Shown here: positions 9,020 to 17,867 of the stretch, piece by piece
How positions within the stretch are numbered: position 1 is the stretch's first letter
Layout: each line of letters opens with the position of its first letter
Origin: a virus
Taxonomy: Duplodnaviria > Heunggongvirae > Uroviricota > Caudoviricetes
IMG/VR virus record: IMGVR_UViG_3300029468_000001
Reading direction: 5' to 3' (one strand)
DNA length: 64,000 nucleotides
Position numbers and translations under genes: made by a program
Notes under the pieces: model-generated
Databases searched by the model: none
The model's input: the letters and a program-made list of their open reading frames with translations, nothing else
What the model was told of the DNA's origin: nothing

Positions 9020-10993
9020 TTAATTTAATAGTTGCATAAATTGTTCTTCATTGATAATTTGCACTCCCAATGATTTTGCTTTCTTGTTCTTGCTGGAAGA
9101 AGATTCAATATCATTATTAATCAACGCAAACGTTTTAGCAGATACAGAACCAGATACTTTCCCCCCATAAGATTCAATGACAGATTTTAGTTCATCTCTA
9201 TTGCTGTATTTCTCTAATAATCCTGTAATAACAAATGTCTTTCCTTGCAATGTATTTTGAGTATGATTGGATTCATCAGGAATTTTAAATGTGAATTCTT
9301 TACTTAACTCAAAAACATTATCCGCATGTGTTACAGCAAATTTTTGAATATTGTTACTTGCAACTACGCCAATACCATCTACTTTAAGATTCCAAAAATA
9401 TCCATAACCACAAGAGAAACAATGATAAAATTCATCAAAGTTATATTTAAAATGTTTAGCAATATCTTTACTTGCACTTTTGCCAATCATGGGTACAGAA
9501 AGTGCATAAACAAATCTGTCAAGTGTAGTTTCTCTGCTCTTTTCAATAGATTCCAACAATTTATCTACTGATTTTTTACCAAATCCTTCAAGACTATACA
9601 TTTTACCTTTATAATCAGATAGATGATAAATACTCTTAATGGAGTTTAACCAACCAAGGGAAATAAATTTCTCAAGTGTGGCTTCTGATAATCCATCCAT
9701 ATCCAGTGCGTTTCTACTTACCGCATGAACAAGTTTACCTAATAATTTACCTTTACAATTATCATTCATACACATCAATACTTCTGAATCGTTATCTTTT
9801 ACAATTTTAGTTTCCTCACCACAAACAGGGCATCTATCAGGAATTGTAAAATTATTCGATTTATCAATACTATCATGTACTTTTGGGATAACTTTATTTG
9901 AGCGATATATTCTGATTCTGTCACCGATACCAAGAGAAAGTTTTTTGATATAAGAAATGTTATGTAGTGTAGCTCTGGTAGTAATTGCACCATCTAAATC
10001 AATAGGTTCAAAAATTGCTACGGGATTAATTAATCCTGTTTTAGAAGTGTTCCATTCAATATCTTTTAATACAGTTTCATATAATTGGTCTTCATATTTG
10101 TATGCGATTGAATGTCTAAAGAATTTATCTGTCTTACCTAATGATTCTCCATATGAATAATCATCACATGCCATTACTGCACCGTCATATGGAATATTGT
10201 ACTCATCCGCTACATCTTTAATTGTATCTAGTACAGTTTGTAAATTTTCACACCCTATATATGGAATCATAGGAACTACTTCAAATCCACAATCTTTTGC
10301 ATCTTGTAAATCTTCATATACAGATTCATGAGAAAATCCTTTAATAACACGCCATGAAATAAACCTCATGTTTCTTTGAGCAGCTTCTTTACTGTCTAAT
10401 AATAGTAATGAACCAGACACAAGATTTCGTGGGTGTTTATATTTTTTATCTGGATCTTTAATATTTTCATTAATCTTATTGAATGTATCCCATCCAATAA
10501 TTGTTTCTCCGTCAATAATTAACTCATCATTATATGGAATCTTCTTTGGAATGTTCTTAATTGTTAATACATTTTGAAGAACATCTGTACCTTCATATCC
10601 ATTACCTCTAGTAACTGCACTTACTAATTCACCATGAATATACTTCAATGTTGTACTAAGACCATCACATTTTACAGATATGATACGCTGTTTATTTCTT
10701 GCGAATTGTTTCAAATCATTAATAGATTTTGTTTTATCAAGTGACAACATTAAATGGTCTAATTTAACTTCGTTCAGTTTGTCTGATACTGTATATCCAA
10801 CATTCTGTGTAGGACTATTTGGGAAAATAATATGTTCTTGACTTTCTAATTGCTGTAATTCTTCATATTTCTTATCCCAATCATAATCGGACATAATTGG
10901 CACACTTGTATAATATGCAATAGAAGCATTATTTAGTTCTTCAATTAAAGTTTTCATCTTTTCAATACGTTCATATCTACTTTTTATTCCCAT
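9020..10993 (-). CDS. ligA: NAD-dependent DNA ligase
   Basis: adenylation motif VKCDG; Zn finger CPVCGEETK...CMNDNC; HhH region; C-terminal BRCT-like KTFVITGLL...GGKVSGSVSAKT. Confidence 0.88.
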   Translation of the reverse strand: MGIKSRYERIEKMKTLIEELNNASIAYYTSVPIMSDYDWDKKYEELQQLESQEHIIFPNSPTQNVGYTVSDKLNEVKLDHLMLSLDKTKSINDLKQFARNKQRIISVKCDGLSTTLKYIHGELVSAVTRGNGYEGTDVLQNVLTIKNIPKKIPYNDELIIDGETIIGWDTFNKINENIKDPDKKYKHPRNLVSGSLLLLDSKEAAQRNMRFISWRVIKGFSHESVYEDLQDAKDCGFEVVPMIPYIGCENLQTVLDTIKDVADEYNIPYDGAVMACDDYSYGESLGKTDKFFRHSIAYKYEDQLYETVLKDIEWNTSKTGLINPVAIFEPIDLDGAITTRATLHNISYIKKLSLGIGDRIRIYRSNKVIPKVHDSIDKSNNFTIPDRCPVCGEETKIVKDNDSEVLMCMNDNCKGKLLGKLVHAVSRNALDMDGLSEATLEKFISLGWLNSIKSIYHLSDYKGKMYSLEGFGKKSVDKLLESIEKSRETTLDRFVYALSVPMIGKSASKDIAKHFKYNFDEFYHCFSCGYGYFWNLKVDGIGVVASNNIQKFAVTHADNVFELSKEFTFKIPDESNHTQNTLQGKTFVITGLLEKYSNRDELKSVIESYGGKVSGSVSAKTFALINNDIESSSSKNKKAKSLGVQIINEEQFMQLLN

Positions 10994-10996
10994 ATA

Positions 10997-11224
10997 TCAC
11001 ATCTCCTTATAATATGGACTTTTCTTTACGTATTCTTTCAGATACTTTAACATCTCTGATTCTTCTGGAAAGAATGGATCTCGTTTATATTCAAGTGCAA
11101 CATAATTTAGAAAGTTCATCATCAACTGTCCAAATCTCCAATCTGGATAATATCGCATCCATACTTTTTCTAATTCTTTTGTAAATTCTGGTATTCTATT
11201 CTTATCTCTCATATTGACCTCCAT
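10997..11224 (-). CDS. hypothetical protein
   Basis: 75-aa ORF. Confidence 0.45.
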   Translation of the reverse strand: MEVNMRDKNRIPEFTKELEKVWMRYYPDWRFGQLMMNFLNYVALEYKRDPFFPEESEMLKYLKEYVKKSPYYKEM

Positions 11225-11236
11225 GAAACAGTTCTT

Positions 11237-11797
11237 TCATCTTATTGTAAATTTTCTTTTGTAATCAAGCGGAGAACAGGATTCAATTACTATTGGGAAT
11301 TTTTTTAATTCTACAGTTTTTATATGTTCTACTAATTTTTTACATCCTTTTAAAACCTGAATATCTGCCGAATTAAACATTCTTTTTAATTCCATATTTG
11401 CATTTGATATACGAATAAAACAATTACCCTTTTCTTTTATTAATGCGTCGCTATATTCATTAGAAACAATTCTATTTCCCAAATATAGATAATATTCTCC
11501 ATGGATGCCTTTATATATTCCACCAACAACTAAATCTTTCAATGGAATAGTTTTAATTTGCCTCTTCTCTTCTTCCTGTTCACGTAATCTACTTTTAATT
11601 TCATTTGCAATCTTAAGTTCCTCATCAGAAGGATTTACAACCTTAAATAGATCTCTCATATGTCGTTTACATCCATCTTCATCAGTCATTGAATTGCCAT
11701 ACCAGACACCAATTGACATTCCAATTACATTACGTCCCGTGCCTTTTCCAACACATATATCACCGTCTTGTAGTTCTCTTCCTAAAATATCTTTCAT
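11237..11797 (-). CDS. hypothetical protein
   Basis: 186-aa ORF. Confidence 0.5.
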   Translation of the reverse strand: MKDILGRELQDGDICVGKGTGRNVIGMSIGVWYGNSMTDEDGCKRHMRDLFKVVNPSDEELKIANEIKSRLREQEEEKRQIKTIPLKDLVVGGIYKGIHGEYYLYLGNRIVSNEYSDALIKEKGNCFIRISNANMELKRMFNSADIQVLKGCKKLVEHIKTVELKKFPIVIESCSPLDYKRKFTIR

Positions 11798-12045
11798 TTA
11801 ATATCTCCATTCATTTTTGCTCTCAATAATGCTTGTAAATATTCTTGAGGATTATCTTTAGCTGCTTGGAATCCTACTTTTTGTCTTTTAATATCATCAA
11901 GTACGATTTTATATTTAGGACTATCCCTTACTTCTTCTCTATATTTCTGCACTTCTTCACGAGTTGCTATCTCTTTATCAACTAAAATTCTCAATACAAC
12001 TTGTACGTCAATTGCTGTTTTAAGAATAGTTTCTTGTACTTGCAA
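11794..12045 (-). CDS. hypothetical protein
   Basis: 83-aa ORF; ATGA overlap with downstream gene. Confidence 0.45.
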   Translation of the reverse strand: MQVQETILKTAIDVQVVLRILVDKEIATREEVQKYREEVRDSPKYKIVLDDIKRQKVGFQAAKDNPQEYLQALLRAKMNGDIK

Positions 12046-12085
12046 TTCGTGTAGGGCTTCTTCTGGTTTATAAAATTATCATTGC

Positions 12086-12700
12086 TTACTGGCATTTAAT
12101 ATCTTCCTTTCCAATAATTTCTGTTAATGTTCTAGGTGTATAATCCATGTAATTTATCATACATCCAACATTTTTAGCAATACATTTAATATCGTACTTC
12201 TCATTCAGTGATTTTATAAAGTCTTGAAAGATGGTTTCTTCATTTGAATTATGAACGTGACCATATAACTGAATGCTCCATACCTTATATTCTTCTCCAT
12301 CTCTCCTGTAATGATGTTGGTGATTCCAGAAAGCTAGGGGATAGTGTGAAAGAACTACATTATATTCTTTACCATTGATATTATCTTTTACTTCCTTATA
12401 ATCACAAACTTCTACAAATAGTTGCTTGTACCGTTGGTCTTTCACTCTATCGTGATTACCAACGATTAAATGTTTATTACCTTTCAGTTTACTTACAAAT
12501 GAGATTACATCTTCATTCTCTTTCCACGCTAAATCACCAAGAATATAAACATGATCAGCATTTGTAACTGTATTATTCCAGTTTGATTTAATTGTTTCGT
12601 GCATTTCTTCAAGTGTTTTGAATGGTCTATTATCAAAGTTAGAACCTTCGTCTGTTACATTCTTATGGAATAAATGTACATCTGAGATATAATAATTCAT
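12086..12700 (-). CDS. calcineurin-like metallophosphoesterase
   Basis: motifs SDVHLFH, ILGDL, GNHD. Confidence 0.7.
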   Translation of the reverse strand: MNYYISDVHLFHKNVTDEGSNFDNRPFKTLEEMHETIKSNWNNTVTNADHVYILGDLAWKENEDVISFVSKLKGNKHLIVGNHDRVKDQRYKQLFVEVCDYKEVKDNINGKEYNVVLSHYPLAFWNHQHHYRRDGEEYKVWSIQLYGHVHNSNEETIFQDFIKSLNEKYDIKCIAKNVGCMINYMDYTPRTLTEIIGKEDIKCQ

Positions 12701-13008
12701 TATTCATCATCCACTTTCTTAAATTCATAAATGGAATTTTCTGTTTCAACATTGATATAATCAATTTCTCCATTCTTATCTTTAATATATTCAAAAGACT
12801 TCACAGGACTTGTTCTTAATATCATCCATCTCATTGGAGTTCCATCGGAATCTCTTACATATCTAATAATCAATGGAAAGTCAATTAAAATATCATTAAT
12901 ATCAAGATCAATAATCCTTCCAATTCGTATAGGGTATCTGTCATCCTGTCTATCTAATCCTTTTAACTCCCCTTTACTATGTTTGATACTTGCGATTTTG
13001 TATAGCAT
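12700..13008 (-). CDS. hypothetical protein
   Basis: 102-aa ORF. Confidence 0.45.
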   Translation of the reverse strand: MLYKIASIKHSKGELKGLDRQDDRYPIRIGRIIDLDINDILIDFPLIIRYVRDSDGTPMRWMILRTSPVKSFEYIKDKNGEIDYINVETENSIYEFKKVDDE

Positions 13009-13018
13009 ATTTACTCTC

Positions 13019-13297
13019 CTAATCTTCTACAGGAACCCATTTTTTAACTTTGACTTCTTTGAGTTCTACCTCTGTACATTTAACCTCATCATCATATTCC
13101 CAAGGGCTTTCATCTTGACACTCTGTTGCTCCTTCTGAATATGTAGTCATGTAAAACTTTCCATTATCTTCAAATACAATCTCATGGATAATTGACCACC
13201 GAGTAGTATTTACAATCCTATTAACAATAGTATTTTCATACGGTAAATCAAGTTCATCCATTAAATAATCTTTATTAAATACTTTTGTTCTTGCCAT
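13019..13297 (-). CDS. hypothetical protein
   Basis: 92-aa ORF. Confidence 0.45.
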   Translation of the reverse strand: MARTKVFNKDYLMDELDLPYENTIVNRIVNTTRWSIIHEIVFEDNGKFYMTTYSEGATECQDESPWEYDDEVKCTEVELKEVKVKKWVPVED

Positions 13298-13301
13298 TAT
13301 G

Positions 13302-14213
13302 TTATTCTCCTTCTACAATTCCCCAACCTTTGCAAGTAGGGCATTCACAATACTTTTTATTGATCTGTGATATAAGTTCTGTTAAAAATTTCTCTACTTT
13401 CTTTTGTAAATCTTGATAATTTTCTCCGATAATACATGGAGCTTTTACACAATCTTTTCCATAATCTGTAGATGTTGAATTTTTAAAATCAATAATCGTT
13501 TCTGTTTTATGTGAAATCATACGATTAACCCAATTAGGTTTTCTTTTTCTTTTACTGAATAGATTATTATTTGTATCAATTAAAATATTGTATGGATCAG
13601 CTAATGCGATTTTCTTTTTTACTTCAAAATGAAAATCATAATCAGATGTGATGTCAGCAACATTAGTATCAATATTTGCTTTAACATAATTTCTTATAAT
13701 CTTTAACATTTCATCACAATCTAGTTTGCAAGGTTTATCTTGATATGCTTCTTCTGGATATTCAATCTGTGTGAGCAAATCTGTTTTTGCATTATATTTA
13801 TTGGGAACAAACTCAAAATCTTCTCTTGTGTAAATTTCTTTAATTTCAAATTCAATAGGTTCATACTCACCTGGAATCGTGTCATATTTATATGAATACA
13901 ATCCCATTACCTCTTCATATTCACCACTATCTTCCATTTCTTGTGTAATAATTTGTGGCATGAGTTCTGTTGCTGTATATCCTGCTTTCAGTTCATACCT
14001 AATATTAATACGCTTGTCTTGTTGCTTCATAGACACAACTTTAGGAATACTCATAAGTTTAAACCATTTATCTTTATTTGTTTTTTCTGGCATTTCACCA
14101 TCAAATCGAAATCGTGTTAAATCTTTAGTGCCATAATAATCTTCATTTGCTATATAAATATAGTTTTTACAGTTAATTACTTTAAATTTTAGTGGATTTT
14201 CTTTATCGTACAT
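13302..14213 (-). CDS. hypothetical protein with C-terminal CxxC...CxxC motif
   Basis: 303-aa ORF; CECPTCKGWG at C-terminus. Confidence 0.55.
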   Translation of the reverse strand: MYDKENPLKFKVINCKNYIYIANEDYYGTKDLTRFRFDGEMPEKTNKDKWFKLMSIPKVVSMKQQDKRINIRYELKAGYTATELMPQIITQEMEDSGEYEEVMGLYSYKYDTIPGEYEPIEFEIKEIYTREDFEFVPNKYNAKTDLLTQIEYPEEAYQDKPCKLDCDEMLKIIRNYVKANIDTNVADITSDYDFHFEVKKKIALADPYNILIDTNNNLFSKRKRKPNWVNRMISHKTETIIDFKNSTSTDYGKDCVKAPCIIGENYQDLQKKVEKFLTELISQINKKYCECPTCKGWGIVEGE

Positions 14214-14215
14214 AA

Positions 14216-14593
14216 TTATTCTCCTATATCATGAAATTCCATACCGTTAAGAATATTAATCAATGCATTTTTATTTCTTTCTAATGCAAGTGAATATGAA
14301 CACTTTGCAATAGAATCTGACTGAGATAATGGCTCCCTTTCTAATTCTTCATCAATTTTCTTATCGAGAAAATCTACGAATCTCCACAAACGATCCTCAA
14401 TTGAAGAAGCTAATTTACCATGAATGTTATCATTTACATCAACAACGTTGCACTTATTGAAATCAGATACCTCTTTCTTGCTTAACCATTTCATCCATTT
14501 ATTGCATTTCTTACAATAAAGTCCTGTCTGTGTGCCGCTTTCTTTTGTGTAAAATTCTTCACATCCACATTTATTACATTTTTCTGGAATCAT
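14216..14593 (-). CDS. zinc-ribbon protein
   Basis: CNKCGC...CKKCNKW. Confidence 0.5.
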   Translation of the reverse strand: MIPEKCNKCGCEEFYTKESGTQTGLYCKKCNKWMKWLSKKEVSDFNKCNVVDVNDNIHGKLASSIEDRLWRFVDFLDKKIDEELEREPLSQSDSIAKCSYSLALERNKNALINILNGMEFHDIGE

Positions 14594-14689
14594 AGTTGCT
14601 CACCTCTTTTCTATGCACTATATATGGTGTTTATCATTATTTAAAGCACTATATATAGTATCATTTTTACTATGAAATTCTGCTTTCAT
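14594..14689. promoter_or_regulatory. intergenic region with tandem motif GCACTATATAT(G/A)GT x2
   Basis: direct repeat seen in sequence upstream of gene 14216..14593 on the minus strand. Confidence 0.25.
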
Positions 14690-14959
14690 TTAGTTATCTT
14701 CTTTTATTAGATTTATTGTCATCATGCTTCCAGGAGTTTCATAATATGAATCTTCTAAATATGCTATTTTATATTCATAATACGGTTGCAAAGCACTATC
14801 TATAATTCTTACCTCAGATAATTCAATTGGTTCTTTTAAGTTTGTTTCGTGTATAATCACATTTACATAAATTTTATCATCATATCCCATTAAGAATAAT
14901 TGAATTAAATCTGCTAACCTAACATTAGGTTGTAAATAAAGTAAATTATTAAATGTCAT
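14690..14959 (-). CDS. hypothetical protein
   Basis: 89-aa ORF. Confidence 0.45.
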   Translation of the reverse strand: MTFNNLLYLQPNVRLADLIQLFLMGYDDKIYVNVIIHETNLKEPIELSEVRIIDSALQPYYEYKIAYLEDSYYETPGSMMTINLIKEDN

Positions 14960-14993
14960 ATCTCATACTCCTTTAAACTTTATAAAATAAAAG

Positions 14994-15518
14994 TTATCTA
15001 ATTCTCAAACTTTCACTCTGTGGTTCTAAGTGACACCATTCACAATTAAGTGATCCATCTTGTCCTTCCAATCCATTTTCCTTTAAATAATCTCTCAGCT
15101 TTTCTCCATCAACAGCATCAGGTTGTTTAATTCTATATTCCTCTGGAATATTTTCTACATCAACATCAATTGTAAGTTTGCGCTTTCCACCATTTTTCTG
15201 AATGTTAAATGAGAACAAATCTGTTGTAAATTTTTTCTTTCCAATGGTTCTCATACACATTTCAAGATTTTGTTTTAACCACTTGATTCTATTTTCATAT
15301 GTTTTTTTTCTTGATGCTAATCTATTATTCTCTTTTGAAATTCCCTCAATGTCAGATTCAAGAGATCGGATAATCTTAGCGTAATTGTCTGCTTTATTTT
15401 CTATTTCTCCGTCCAATGCTTCAAGTGTATCAATGATTGTTTGCTCATCAATTTCCTCATCTTCTAACATATCCATAAGTTCCAGATATTCTCCTGTAAG
15501 TTCATAAATACTTGACAT
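14994..15518 (-). CDS. Gp157-family protein (Sak4-associated)
   Basis: N-terminal MSSIYELTGEYLELMDMLED...TLEALDGEIENKADNYAKII and a coiled-coil middle, characteristic of siphovirus Gp157. Confidence 0.6.
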   Translation of the reverse strand: MSSIYELTGEYLELMDMLEDEEIDEQTIIDTLEALDGEIENKADNYAKIIRSLESDIEGISKENNRLASRKKTYENRIKWLKQNLEMCMRTIGKKKFTTDLFSFNIQKNGGKRKLTIDVDVENIPEEYRIKQPDAVDGEKLRDYLKENGLEGQDGSLNCEWCHLEPQSESLRIR

Positions 15519-15521
15519 ATA

Positions 15522-17867
15522 TTAATTCTCCTTTTCTTTTAATCTTTTTGCATTTTCAAGTAACATATCTTTTAAAAATGTTTGCTTAGTTTTAACTTCT
15601 TTGGTCTGAATAGATTTAACAACAGCATAATTGTTAGCAATGAGAACACAGTATTTTTTTGCTCTAGTGATAGCCGTATAAAGTAATTCTGAATTATTCA
15701 TTATGTAACTGCTATTATCTAATCCAACAATTGTTGAACAGAATCCTGAGCCTTGAAGTTTATGCACTGTACACGCATATCCTAATTCAAGATTTTTACA
15801 ATCGGATTTTGTAAAGATTACTTCTCCAATTCCAATAAAATCTATCGTACACATTCCATTCTTTTCAATTTCTTTTACAATTCCCATGTTTCCATTGAAT
15901 ACAGGAGTTGTATCACCTTCTAAATTGATACATTTGTAATTGTTTTTTGTATTAATAACCTTATCTCCTACTCTAATAATATATTTTTTTGCTTCGTCAT
16001 TTTTCTTTTCTAAGAAAATTTCAATTTCGTTGCAATTACTTAATTTGGGATTGTAAATAGATTGAATTTTAGAATTTAGATTATAACAAGATAATTCTCC
16101 ACGTAATCTCATAGGAACACAAATCTGAACTTCCATAATATCATGGAATTTTTCTAATTCAATTTGAAAATGTTTAATAATCTTATCGGATATAGATTCA
16201 TCATTTCCTTTTCCAGAAATATCCAATTCCATATCTTCTAATTCTCCAATAATCGCATTTCCTGTATAATTTCCATCAAAGATTTGTTCTTGGTTGGCAA
16301 TTTTAATTGAAGTTGGAATAATACCACTTCTCAAAGCTTGTCTATGTGGTTTACTTAATTTCACTATTGGTAAAACATTACTATCAAGAATATCAGCAAA
16401 TACTTGACAATTACCAATAGGTGTAAGCTGTTGTACATCACCCATGATAATTACTTTTGCACCTGTTGGGATAGCTTCCAATAATGATAAGAATAATGTA
16501 CCATTAATCATAGTTGCTTCATCAATCAAAACAATATCAACTGCTAATTTATTCTCTTTGTTGAACATAAATTCACCATTTTGATATCCTAAAGCTCTAT
16601 GAATTGTACTAGCTGGAAGTCCCGTAGCTTCGGTAATTCTTACACTAGCTTTTCCTGATAACGCACAAGCCAAAATACTATACCCACTGTATAATGAACA
16701 TATTCCATTTGCTGTTGACGTTTTACCAACGCCTGCCCCACCAGTTAAAGCCATAACATGATTATCCAAACTAAGCTTAATTGCTGCTCTTTGTTCATCA
16801 GTAAACATGAATCCTTGTTTTTCTTCTACATTTTCTGTAATTGTTTCCCAATTTCCTATATTGAATGATCTAGGGATATAATCATCATGAATACTATTAA
16901 CTTTGTTTGAATCATTTTCTACTACTTTCACAAGTCCAATTTGGAGTCTAAACAATTCGTTCATTATATTTTTCTCCAAATCGTAGAATTTTTTCAATGC
17001 TATTTTAGAACCATTATCAAGTACAACTACATCCTTATTATCAATCATTTGTTTCGCTGTGGTATTTATTATTTCTTCTGGTACAAATCCCAATGTATCA
17101 TATAAGGCTTTCATTAAATCTTGATAATTTAAATAACTTCTTCCTGCTTCTCCTTGATCATTCAAATAATATAATAAAAATCCTTTGATTCTTCTAACAT
17201 CATATTGAGTTATTCCAACTTTACAAGCTACTTCATCAGCCTTTTTGAAACCAATACCATCAACTCTCAACAAATCATATGGATTATTTTTAACAATATC
17301 AATTACTGTATCTGGTGATTTATAAAAATCTACAAGCTTTTTAATAAATGTATGTGTAAATCCCAACTGACCTAATTCCATATAAATAGAGCTATAATCT
17401 TTAGATTCCTCGTATTCATCAATCATTCTTAAAGCTACTTGATTTCCAATTCCTTTTATCTTCATTAGAGATTTAACATCTCTATTTTCAAGTAATTTAA
17501 TAACGTCATCATATTCATCAAAAAGCTTTTCTACTAAATTTTCATTCAAAACATTTTTCAAAAATTCTTTTTGTTTATCTTTACTTGAAATATCAATACA
17601 TTTACTAATATAAATTAATCCATACGTATCTCCATATATTTCGTGAGTTTCTGCTAATTTACAAAATATTTTATATGTAGTTCCATATTCAAGTGTACAC
17701 GTTGTTCCTTTGAGTTTGATAACTTCAACGCCATCAATTTGATTATCTAACCATTTAGTTATTCTCATACTAAATATCGCAAAGTCACCAGATTGTACTT
17801 TTTTGGTATACTTTGGATAGATAATTCTATCCAAAGTACATTCAAATTTTAAAATTTTCTCTTCCAT
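15522..17867 (-). CDS. RecD/Dda-like SF1 DNA helicase
   Basis: Walker A ALTGGAGVGKT; Walker B VLIDEATM; TVHKLQGSG motif; HhH-like GIGxxxA repeats at N-terminus. Confidence 0.82.
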   Translation of the reverse strand: MEEKILKFECTLDRIIYPKYTKKVQSGDFAIFSMRITKWLDNQIDGVEVIKLKGTTCTLEYGTTYKIFCKLAETHEIYGDTYGLIYISKCIDISSKDKQKEFLKNVLNENLVEKLFDEYDDVIKLLENRDVKSLMKIKGIGNQVALRMIDEYEESKDYSSIYMELGQLGFTHTFIKKLVDFYKSPDTVIDIVKNNPYDLLRVDGIGFKKADEVACKVGITQYDVRRIKGFLLYYLNDQGEAGRSYLNYQDLMKALYDTLGFVPEEIINTTAKQMIDNKDVVVLDNGSKIALKKFYDLEKNIMNELFRLQIGLVKVVENDSNKVNSIHDDYIPRSFNIGNWETITENVEEKQGFMFTDEQRAAIKLSLDNHVMALTGGAGVGKTSTANGICSLYSGYSILACALSGKASVRITEATGLPASTIHRALGYQNGEFMFNKENKLAVDIVLIDEATMINGTLFLSLLEAIPTGAKVIIMGDVQQLTPIGNCQVFADILDSNVLPIVKLSKPHRQALRSGIIPTSIKIANQEQIFDGNYTGNAIIGELEDMELDISGKGNDESISDKIIKHFQIELEKFHDIMEVQICVPMRLRGELSCYNLNSKIQSIYNPKLSNCNEIEIFLEKKNDEAKKYIIRVGDKVINTKNNYKCINLEGDTTPVFNGNMGIVKEIEKNGMCTIDFIGIGEVIFTKSDCKNLELGYACTVHKLQGSGFCSTIVGLDNSSYIMNNSELLYTAITRAKKYCVLIANNYAVVKSIQTKEVKTKQTFLKDMLLENAKRLKEKEN

